Below, piece after piece: positions 36,559 through 46,177 of a stretch of DNA of 64,000 nucleotides. Location of the stretch: NCBI RefSeq assembly GCF_000981445.1, contig NC_027217.1:2542001-2606000 (forward strand), given 5' to 3'. The notes beneath the pieces were generated by a model that worked only from the letters and a program-made list of their open reading frames with translations, ran no database searches and was not told the origin of the DNA. How positions within the stretch are numbered: the stretch's first letter is position 1; each line of letters begins with the position of its first letter. The stretch is from Babesia bigemina. Lineage: Eukaryota. The position numbers were made by a program, and so were the translations under genes.

Positions 36559-37155
36559 ATGGTGCACCACAGCCTTCACGTTTCTCCTAAGGAGTTCAAG
36601 GAGACCCTTGACTGGGTCGCCGCCGCCAACGACGGCCTCTTCAGCCTCTACGACCTCAGCCACACCGTGGGTGACATGTTTGACTCCCTCCCCGGTATGA
36701 GCGTGACCAACATCGGTGACGAGATCGCCAACAACCTCCCTGACTTCCTCTTCTCCGTCGTGAACTTCCTCGACCACATCAGGAACGACGCTGTCTACCG
36801 CATGGACTACTCCAGGAACGCCAACTGGATGAAGGACTGCGACGAGAACCCCGAGAAGTGCGCCCAGACCTTCATTGACGCCTTCCCCATCCTGTTCGAC
36901 GGTCTGCAGGAGCTCAAGTACAAGTGCTCTGTGAGCAAGGCCAACGGTGGCTGCAGCGACGAGAGCCTCGGCGACCCCGACAGCGACCTCGCCCACGTCT
37001 TCCACATGCTTGGTTACGACGTCAGCCGTGAGTTGGACGTCTTCAAGACCGGTGCTGAGATTGCTGAGGAGATGGACTTCGTTGACGAGTTCAAGCCCAC
37101 CTTCCACTCCATGACTGTCGTTATGGACTCCCACCCCGCTTTCTTCGAGTACTAA
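36559..37155 (+). CDS. Short VESA1-family (ves2-like) protein, 198 aa, no TM
   Basis: MVHHSLHVSPKEFKETLDW resembles the ves N-terminal MV..SL...P..LKE.IDW motif. NFLDHIR...YRMDYSRNANWMKDCDENPEKCAQTF...PILFDGL and VFHMLGY resemble the conserved VESA core as recalled. Very strong coding-type codon bias. Confidence 0.7.
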   Translation: MVHHSLHVSPKEFKETLDWVAAANDGLFSLYDLSHTVGDMFDSLPGMSVTNIGDEIANNLPDFLFSVVNFLDHIRNDAVYRMDYSRNANWMKDCDENPEKCAQTFIDAFPILFDGLQELKYKCSVSKANGGCSDESLGDPDSDLAHVFHMLGYDVSRELDVFKTGAEIAEEMDFVDEFKPTFHSMTVVMDSHPAFFEY

Positions 37156-37876
37156 ATCAGCCCAACGCTTTGAAAGTGTGCAATCATCCGTAGGCTGATG
37201 CAATCAGCCTCGCTGACGTGCTCGACTTACTGAGGGAGCGCAGTTAACCGTGCCTGAATAGGCACAACGTAGTTATTAATGCCTAGTTTTCAGTCTTCAG
37301 TTCGTACGTTATGACCGGTTTTGCCTGTGCGCCTTTTGGATTCCGCCGCTCAATGGTTGCCGTGCTTTTATCATGTGGCTGACCGCTCTTGCCCAGTTTC
37401 GCTGGCAGTTTGGGTTGCGCGTCGTACTTTACGGCCTGTGTTTGTGCCTGTTAGGCTTCGTCAGGTGTTAATGTCTTGCCAGTGCCCCATGACCTGTCAA
37501 GGGACATAAGCTAAGCTCACGTACCAGCCCATCGCGGCGGTGGGTGCCTACACGATTTGCGGAACTCATAAACGAAACAAGGCATTTGCAGGAAACATTA
37601 ACCATTACCTGTCAACACTGAAGACTTAGCTGAACCTGTCGTATGTATCACGAAACAAGTGAAATCTTTAGGGCCAAGATATTGCACTTCACATTGTTAT
37701 TTTGCCTCTCATAAAATACGTTGCTGGACCCATACCAACGTTGCAAATAAATGTTGACATAGAGTGTTAGATTTGTGTTGTATTGCGATCACAGTCTATA
37801 ACACGAAATCCAACGTCCAACATCGCCTCTGTCCACGGCTGGCCGCCAGCAGAGGCCGACCACGCCGTCACTTCGT

Positions 37877-38698
37877 TCAGAGGTTAGTGGCGTTCAAGAG
37901 AATGTTCGTTGTGTTTGGGACGTAAGCGATGTTCTTGGATGTCGAAAGGGTCTCCGCGATCTCCTTGGCTGCTTCCAGCTTCCTGATCTCCAGCATACCA
38001 GTGCCGTGTGTTTGTATTGCGCGGGAGATGAGGTTTGCCGCCTCGGCCTCGCCTTCTGCCTTGACGATTGCGGCGAGCTTCTCCTGCTCGCTCTTTTGTA
38101 CGATGAACTTGACCCGCTCTGATTCCTGCTGGGCCACCTGCTTCTGCTCGATTGCCTTGCTGAAGTCCTTGCCGTAGCTGAGGTGGGTGATGGCGACGTC
38201 GTCGAGCTTGATGTCGAACTGCTTAGCGCGAGCTGTTATGGCCGACCGGATGTCTGACGACACCTTGTCCCTCTGCGTCAGCAGCGACTCGGCATCGTAC
38301 CTGGCCACGACGGCCTTGAGCACCTCGTTGCTGATCGAGGGCAGCACGCGGTCGTCGTAATCAGGTCCCAGCTTCTGGTGAATCCTGGGCAGGTTCTCCG
38401 TTATGGGCCTGTATAGCAGCCTGAGGCTGATGGATACCATTTGCAGGTCCCTGGTTCCGGTGGTGGTGTTGATGACCTTCGGCTTGGTCCTGATGTCGTA
38501 GATGTGCGGCATCTGGAACCACGGGAGGTAGAAGTGGCTGCCTTCCCCGAGCGTGGTGTTGCTCACACCGCCTGCGAAGCGGTTGAACATCACGGCGCGC
38601 TGGCCGCCGTCCACGTCCACCAGACACGTGCTGGGCACGACGGCGACCGACCCCGTGAGGATGGAGAGCTTCGCCAGCCTTCGCAAGACGCGCTCCAT
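37877..38698 (-). CDS. PHB1: Prohibitin (PHB1-like, SPFH domain)
   Basis: VDGGQRAVMFNRFAGG, TGTRDLQMV, YDDRVLPSI.NEVLKAVVARYDAE.LLTQR, LDDVAITHL, KQVAQQESER, AEGEAEAA. Confidence 0.95.
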   Translation of the reverse strand: MERVLRRLAKLSILTGSVAVVPSTCLVDVDGGQRAVMFNRFAGGVSNTTLGEGSHFYLPWFQMPHIYDIRTKPKVINTTTGTRDLQMVSISLRLLYRPITENLPRIHQKLGPDYDDRVLPSISNEVLKAVVARYDAESLLTQRDKVSSDIRSAITARAKQFDIKLDDVAITHLSYGKDFSKAIEQKQVAQQESERVKFIVQKSEQEKLAAIVKAEGEAEAANLISRAIQTHGTGMLEIRKLEAAKEIAETLSTSKNIAYVPNTTNILLNATNL

Positions 38699-38888
38699 TG
38701 TGATTGTTTGTGTGGAATTAAATATTTAGTGTGAGTTTCACGTCGTGGCGACGCCGCACGGCACTACCCGTCTGTGGGTCACCGGCCCTGAAGCCCCGCG
38801 ATACTGCGCGTATGGTACCCTGGTCGGCGGATGTAATTTACATTTCCCTGCCCTCTTCGGCAGCACCGCCTGCAAAGGTGTGTGTAAG

Positions 38889-40721
38889 TCACCGCCGTGA
38901 CGTACCGTCCTGTAGACATGGCCTGGTTTCGGCCTCGTCGTCCTCTATGGTCTTGGGGATGCTGTCCGGGAGCAGGTGCACGTAGAAGATGGGTATTATG
39001 TGCGCCACGGCACATAACACGATGAGCTGCACGAGTCCGCCGAAGTGGTTTGCGCTGATTCCGAAGGCGTAGGTCAGCAGCGACGAAAGGTACGTGCTGA
39101 CGTCAAGGCCGAGGAACTGCGCCGTCCACAAGAACGAGTACATGCTCGACTCTATTCCGGGCGGGCACAACCTCGTGGCCATGATGAATATGGGCAGTGA
39201 GTTGATCTCCCCAACCAGCTGCAGCAGTGAGCTGTCGGTGATGACGAACGCCGTGTCTGGGATCCCGAGCTTGAGGTTCCATCTCTCCACGAGCACGATG
39301 CTCAGGAGGCAGCACATCGAGACGAGCAGAGTGGTCCACACGAATAGCTTCCTGATGCTGCAGTCGCGGAAAATGTACGCGTAGCAGTACACCCCGATGA
39401 GGCTGGCGAAGGCCTGTATGGCCGCGAATCTACCGAAAAGCTCCGGATCGAAATGCAGCTCCTCCGTCATGAAGTAGAACAGCGCAGTTCCCGCAGAAGG
39501 CACAAGCTGCGCGAGAGTGCATTCATTGACGCAATAGGGCACAGCGTGCACGGAGCCACCCGAACACCACGCAACACATGAGATACACAGCGCAGCAGAT
39601 ATCACACAACATATTGTTGTAACTACGTGCTATTGCCACCACATGTAACGTTACAACCGCACTCGACCCACTGTGGTGACGAACTATGCAACACTGATCG
39701 CTTACCATGCTGATGAAGAGGAACGTGCTGGGCCTCTTGATTTCGGGCTTTCCTACGAAATTCACCAGTTTCGTCCACTGCTCCTTAACAGAGAGTTGCG
39801 GGTGCGTGTAGTCCTCGACTATGAAAAAGGCGCTGATGACGACAATGAGCGGGATGACCGAGCACATCAGGAAGAGTTGCTGCATAATGCTGGGGACCAT
39901 ACCGGATCTCTCACCTGTTTTGCCATCATCATGATGAGCACACTGGACAGATACGACATTCCAGCAAAGGTGATTTTCCTGAAGGCGCAGAACGTGGAAA
40001 TGGTCCTGGTGACCTGGTCGTTGGACTGCCTGCGTCCGGTCTCGATGATGAGCGCCTCTCCGATGACGCTGCACAGCTGCGCAACATCAGCACCGCACTG
40101 TGCACCACCTACCGCCATCCCTAAGGACGATACCGCGAGCAACACCGTGGTCCAGAGCAGGGAAAGGTGAGCGCAGAAGCCAAGGGTGACGTTTGACGCC
40201 AGGCAGAGCATGCTGCCGATGATCAGGTAACTCCTCCGCCGGCTTCCGAACAAGGGCACTCCATCGCTCATGAACGCGAAGAGTATCTTGACGTTCATCG
40301 GGATGCGGATGATGCCGAGTATGAAGATGAGCATCGCTGCACATGTGCTTCGGTGTGCTGGCCTGGGCACCTACCCGGTCCGAGCTTGAAATCGTCCTTG
40401 TAGAGATAGAGGATCGGCAGCGACGTGAACACCTCCACACCATGAAGCATGGCTGCGCGCGTTGTAACGGCGAGATGTGTAACTCACCAATGACGCATGA
40501 GATGACCTCATTGTAGCTGCGCCGCCTGGGCGACGTGTACAAAGGAAGATCATTGCCGCTTTCTACAGGACGAGGAGAGCCATCTGGCGTCGCCTTGTAG
40601 ATTTTTGGGTTCACGAACAGCACGCTGTCCGTGTCATCCGCTAAATGTCCGATCACTGCAACGAGATGTGTAAGGTTAAAGGCGGTCCTACTGGCTGGAA
40701 CGAACGTCGTTTAGACTCCAT
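38889..40721 (-). CDS. Folate-biopterin transporter (BT1/FBT family), multi-exon
   Basis: IPMNVKILFAFMSDGVPLFGSRRRSYL, PSAGTALFYFMTEEL.F.PE, IMATRLCPPGIESSMYS. Probable first exon MESKR at 40721. Confidence 0.9.
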
Positions 40722-40902
40722 TAAGTGGGAATTAATATATCGCAACGGAATTGCGAATACCGCATTTGTGCATGATGCTGCATCCTTCCGGATGCGACAG
40801 CACGCGCCTACGTGGAACACCGACTGCGTAACCGCGTCCACACATCTACTAAAAAGTGAGCGTATACGTCACTGGTACATTAATTCATGTTACGGGTGTT
40901 GA

Positions 40903-43900
40903 TTAGAAGATGACAACGAGGGCTAGTGCTAGAATACCGACGGTTCCGGCGAGGGTGGCCTGAGCGCAAATGTTTGGAAGTCTGATAGACACTTACGCTG
41001 CTGTAACTCTTGATGTGAACAAGGTTGTCCATGTTCTTCTGGAACTGCTGCTCCTCGATGTACTTGTTGGTGTTGTCCTCCAGGTTGGCTCCCTCTTGTC
41101 TGGAATCCACGGTGAACGTCGCCCTGGTCTGGAGGTCGGCTTTAGCCGGCGCAGCACCACCAAGGTGATTCACCGCGGTCTGTATCAGAGCCGCTTCTGG
41201 AAGAGTCGCCCTGGCGGAGGTGCTAAGGCTGCGTGAAACGGCCTGGTTGACCTGCCTGAAGTTCTCATCCATGAGCCTCTCAATTTCCTTAATGCGGCTG
41301 TTGGCATCGTCAGAAGTCACGGCAGTGGCACCGTTTTCGGCAGGAATGGGAACCAAAAGCTTGATGGTTTCGTATATGACGCGCAAAGCAGCCTGGGGGG
41401 CCACAATGAGCTTGGAGACCATTTCTTCCTCACTACGACAGCATTAGTACTATACGTATGTCACCTACCTGAAGCTCAACAGCGCAGAGCGCACCATGGT
41501 CCTAACAGCGCTCTCATCGATCTCAGGCGTAATGTGATCGCCGCTGATCTTGAATATGTTGAGGCTGAGGACGGCAGTACGGAGGGCAGTGGTGGCTGAG
41601 ACGGCACCAGCCTGTGTGACGTCCTGTCCTCTTTGGACAAGGCTCACGCTGTTACCCATCTGTCCCGCAATGCGTTGAATGTCAGCAGTGTTCATGCCAG
41701 AATGAGGAATCTGGGCGAGAGGGGTGAGAGTGGCTGGCGAGATGCCGGACACGTGGCGTTCCGTAATGGTTTGAACAACCCTCTCAGCCTGCTCGCGGAA
41801 CTCGTTCTTGTTGAGTTCCAAAGCCTTAATCAGCACACCGTTTTCAATGACACGTAGAAGTTCCGCGAAGGGTTTGTACGCCTTTACGAAGACCTCAGTG
41901 GAGGAGTTGATGAATCTCTCCAGGTTGACAACTGCGGTGGCAGAGGAGTTGCTGGCATCCATGTTAATCTTGTCCAACACCTCGTTGGATTCACCGGAGG
42001 CTACCGCACAGAGGACACTGTCCAAAAGCGCCCACCTGTTGTAAAGAACGGTTTGAACAGACTGCGAGACGAGAGCCTTTTCAGCCGCGTGGAAGAGCTG
42101 CAGGAGATTCTCCAGGATGTGCTCAGATTCGCCGTAACGCTCTCTCATGGTCGTGTTCATCCTCATAACATTGGAAAGAATCTTAAGCGCCGCGTGGATT
42201 TCGTTGGAAATGTACTCTCCCTGGTGAACGCTGTGGTACATCTGGTTGAGGGCGGCCTCTACAGTACAAACACTGTGCGTGAGGTATTCACCGACAAGCC
42301 TGTTGAGCTCAACGTTGGCGCTTGGCGCTTCGGTTTTGATGTTTCCGGCTTTGCAAACCTTGGGCTTCCTCTGGGTGAGGTGACGGCAGGTCTCCAATGT
42401 CTTCGAGGTGTCCTTGTAGTTAAAGATCTTACGCAGGGGGCCTTCAGCAAGGTCCTTCTTCAAGAATGCAGTCACAATTTCCTGCTTTTCAGAAATGGAA
42501 CCCGTTCTCACAAGTGTTTCCAAAGTGGGCTGCTGAGGCGCCTGGCTATTGGAAGATCCATTTTCCGGTCCCTGCTGGTTCGCACCCTTAGCACCTTTGC
42601 CTGATGGCTGCGTTCCAGCAGGATTATCCTCCGTTTGGGTAGCTGATGATGAGGAACCAGATCCAGTGTTTCGTCGCGCCCTGCGTGCAACGGAGTCACC
42701 TCCTTCACGCCGCGTAGCAACACCCACTTTGCCTTGGCGCCCCTTCAAATGTTCCGGCAACTCATCTGTAGCATGGTACTCTCCACTCATATCCTCATCT
42801 TCTTCGTCATCCTCTTCTTCCTCCTCCTCCTCATCCGAATGCTGATCACCCTCACTGTCACCCGCACCTGCGCTGGCCTGGACCTTGTGATCCTCGGAAG
42901 TATCGGGTTTCTTTACATCAACATCGGGTACATCAGGTTTTTGATGCGAACTGGTAGAGGGTTCAGGGAGAGCAGGTTTCGTAACTTTCGGGCCAGATGC
43001 AGGCATGCCGTCTTTGCCTGGTGCACCATCAGCACCTTGTCCGGTTGGTAATTGCACGCTAACGTCAGATTCCGGCCCTTGTTCCTTTTGTTCAAGCAAT
43101 TGAGATTTTTCTTCACCATGAGGCGTAGTTGGTGCCGGTTCCTTGGGTGTTTGCTCACGACCGCCAGCAACAACCTCAGAGTCGGTTCGACCGTTGGAAT
43201 CTTGTTGACCTTTGGGCCCAACTTGGCCAGGTTGCAACGACTGCTTCTGATCTCTTTGGTTTTCCGTTAATTTTGCCTTTGTATGTTCTTCTTCGTCACC
43301 CTTTTCTTTCTCTTCCTCCTTTTCCTCCTCATCTTCCTTACGGTCTGCGCTGGGACCCTTATCTTGTAATTGAGCACTTTCAATTTTTTTTTCCTCCGCA
43401 GGAGCTGCGGTTTGCTTTGGTGAACCCTGACCATGCTTCACGTCAGGAGTTTCTGCCTTAGAAGCAGCTGCTGGCGCACGAACACCATTTTGCATTTCGG
43501 TTTGTCCACTTGGTGCTGAGGTGCTAGACGTAGTCCCACTTGAATTGGGAAGCGTGTTTTCGGGAGTACCCTTGGGAGTCAACGTTTCTTCTGTAGATGC
43601 TGCTTCTGGATTAGCCTTTTGAGTTATTTGAGCTTGTCCATCGGTTCTATCGTCACCTTTTCCACCTGTTGATTGATTTTGGGAGTTTTGTCCAACAGAT
43701 CCATCGACAGAGGATTGACCTTTTAGCTGAAGCTCATGGCTGCTTGCACCATGAGATTCCGCACCAACTGATTTACCCGATTCCTGAATTTGTTGACCCT
43801 CTCCAGCGGATCCAGGTTCACCTTTTTGACCTGGTGACTGAGTTTTGGGGCCTCCTACAGCGGATCCAGCAGCTGATACCTCTTGTTGCACCACATTCGG

Positions 43901-44029
43901 ATCTGAGTTGCCTGGCTGAGCTGCAGTATTGGGCTTGCTAGGCTGGTCAGGATTGTCGGAGCCACTGACGGCCAAGACACTCCCCACAACAAGTAAGCAG
44001 AGGATGGAGTGTAGGAACCTCATTTTCAT
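40903..44029 (-). CDS. Large secreted GPI-anchored antigen (~1017 aa), probably GAMA-like; 3 exons
   Basis: Signal peptide MKMRFLHSILCLLVVGSVLA; ~500-aa Q/G/S/E low-complexity region; Cys-containing helical domain. Introns at 41433-41468 and 40960-40996. Final exon encodes ATLAGTVGILALALVVIF* after SYSS (GPI signal). The GAMA assignment is inferred from architecture and recalled linkage to prohibitin and the folate transporter. Confidence 0.75.
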
Positions 44030-45083
44030 ACAATCTCATGCACGTTGAGGGAACACTTCCGTTTTCAGTGGGTTGCACACATCAGTACAAATACGTTTCA
44101 ATTGATGCTCCCCGGTGAATCCTATATTGCCGGTCGCACAAAAGCCAGTATTTGACTTTTAAATTTAACAAAGCCGGTGACAAAAGTTATTATTGACGGT
44201 GCCGTTTTGCGGGTGCAGCTACAGCCGCCTGGAAACCTGGAGGCTCAAGCACCGGCTTGCAGAGCTTGCGGGGTGAATGTTATCCACTTTAAGGCGGCAC
44301 TTGATAAAATAATGTGCTGCTTACGTTCATGTGACCGCGAAGGTCGCGTTTGGTGTATTAAATATCGCAGAACACATCTGTAAATGTGAATCGAGCCCCG
44401 TCTGCAATACGCGCCATGTTTGGCCGTCTAGGCTCTATAGATTCACTCAGGCGAGCACACCGGTGATTTCGGCTGCCTACGCTTTAATTACATTGCTATT
44501 TAAGCAGCATAAGGATACAACAGCCTTATTTGAAATTCGTGTGTACGATGCACATTGCAATACGCACCGCAACAACTCAAAGAGTGACCGTATATGCAAC
44601 TTACGAATTATAAAATCACCTTTCAACGCAACTAAAATGAAATGCTTTAGACAATAATTATGCTACGAAATCGCCTCCTACTTTTCTGGACGAAACACAT
44701 GGTAGCGTTGCTGCCGTCTACTGGCTCGCAGATGACCCGTTTAGCGCGCAAGCCATTTCACATTATGTCTCAGTTAATGCATGTTATTATATGTTCTTAA
44801 ATCCTATATACATTATATCTACTACCACATCATTACCCATAGGGCACAACGTTCACCTTACACATTTTGATCAGAAGCTATTAAATTCCCTTGTAATTTT
44901 TTCATCACCGTGCATATGAATTTGAAACCATGGATGTTGCTTGCGCTCCCGTCCCCCGTTCTGCTTCGCGGAGCGTAGGAAGGATGGCATTTGCGTGACT
45001 GCGTAACTCCCGACTTTTAAAGCTTTGTATCTATATAATAACAGGTAAAACGTGAAAAGGGCTTAATTGTGTTAGCTGGGGCA

Positions 45084-46130
45084 ATGTCTAATGTGTCCCA
45101 GGCCCTGCAGGAGATCCGCCGTGCGTGGAATCTTGAGATTTCGCCTGCGCAAGCCGCCGAAATAGCTCGGCAAGGCGGAGTTGACACAAGTGCCACTGCG
45201 CTGAAACGTGTGTTGCTGAATACGGATATCAGCTCTATACCCGGCAGTGCCGATAATGCCGGAACCGCAGGCCCTGGTAAGGGCGGGATGTGCTCGTCGA
45301 CTGAGCTCGACGCGCTACCGCGTCCGCTGTTGTGCCAGGTGGTGAAGGTCGTTGATGTGACTCAGCCAAAGGACGGCGTGGCCAGGAAGGATGGCACAGG
45401 CAACCCGCTTTACAAGGTCACCCTCACTACAGGGCAGATCAGCTTCCATGCGGTGCTGTTGGACGAGAAGATGCCCATCATGTCACTTGCCCCTGGAACA
45501 AAATTGCTGCTAACCGAGCGAAATGTAATTCACACAGATGGCATTGCGCTTCTGCGCCCCAACCACTACGAGGTGCTTGGCGGCGTTGTGGCGGAGCTGA
45601 AGACGCCGTGGGCAATTCAGCGTGAAGTTAACTTTCAACGGTTCTCGGACGGCGCGCGTAGGATCGTCAGCGACGCGCCCAAATTCGAGCCGCTGGACAC
45701 CTCGTCACTGAAGGCTGCCACCGATATGGCCAAGCTCTCGCTGCGGCCGCCACCACCCAAGAGTGCTAAGGGAACGCCCGCAAAGGAAACGGGCGCGAAA
45801 GTAACTAAAGCTGGCGCCCCGAAACAGGGCAAAATGATTAAACCGGCGTACAAGTTACAGCCAGACAAAAAGGGCGGCCCTCAGCACAAGGCGGCACCGC
45901 AGCGTGGCTCCAGTGAAGCCCCCGCAGCCAAGGATGCCGTCCCGAGGGCAACGCAGCCCCCAGGCAGGGGCCGGGGAAAGGGCGCTCCCCCGTCGAAGGC
46001 GAAGCCAGCCGGCGCACGGCCGCCGCCAAAAACGAGCAGCGATCGGGCGCCCAAGAAGGCGCCGTCTGCCACACCCACGGCAAACCCTCGCAAGAACGCG
46101 GCCGCTACCGGCCGGCCTAACCCAGCATAA
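45084..46130 (+). CDS. RMI1/TDRD3-like OB-fold protein with basic Pro/Ala/Lys-rich tail
   Basis: LLNTDI, LLCQVVKVVDVTQP, LYKVTLTTG, LAPGTKLLL, GIALL.P..YEVLGG.V.EL..W, APKFEPL. Confidence 0.75.
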   Translation: MSNVSQALQEIRRAWNLEISPAQAAEIARQGGVDTSATALKRVLLNTDISSIPGSADNAGTAGPGKGGMCSSTELDALPRPLLCQVVKVVDVTQPKDGVARKDGTGNPLYKVTLTTGQISFHAVLLDEKMPIMSLAPGTKLLLTERNVIHTDGIALLRPNHYEVLGGVVAELKTPWAIQREVNFQRFSDGARRIVSDAPKFEPLDTSSLKAATDMAKLSLRPPPPKSAKGTPAKETGAKVTKAGAPKQGKMIKPAYKLQPDKKGGPQHKAAPQRGSSEAPAAKDAVPRATQPPGRGRGKGAPPSKAKPAGARPPPKTSSDRAPKKAPSATPTANPRKNAAATGRPNPA

Positions 46131-46177
46131 AAAACATGTGCGGTTGTCTAAGGGCGCAACCTGTATAGTATAGCTTA

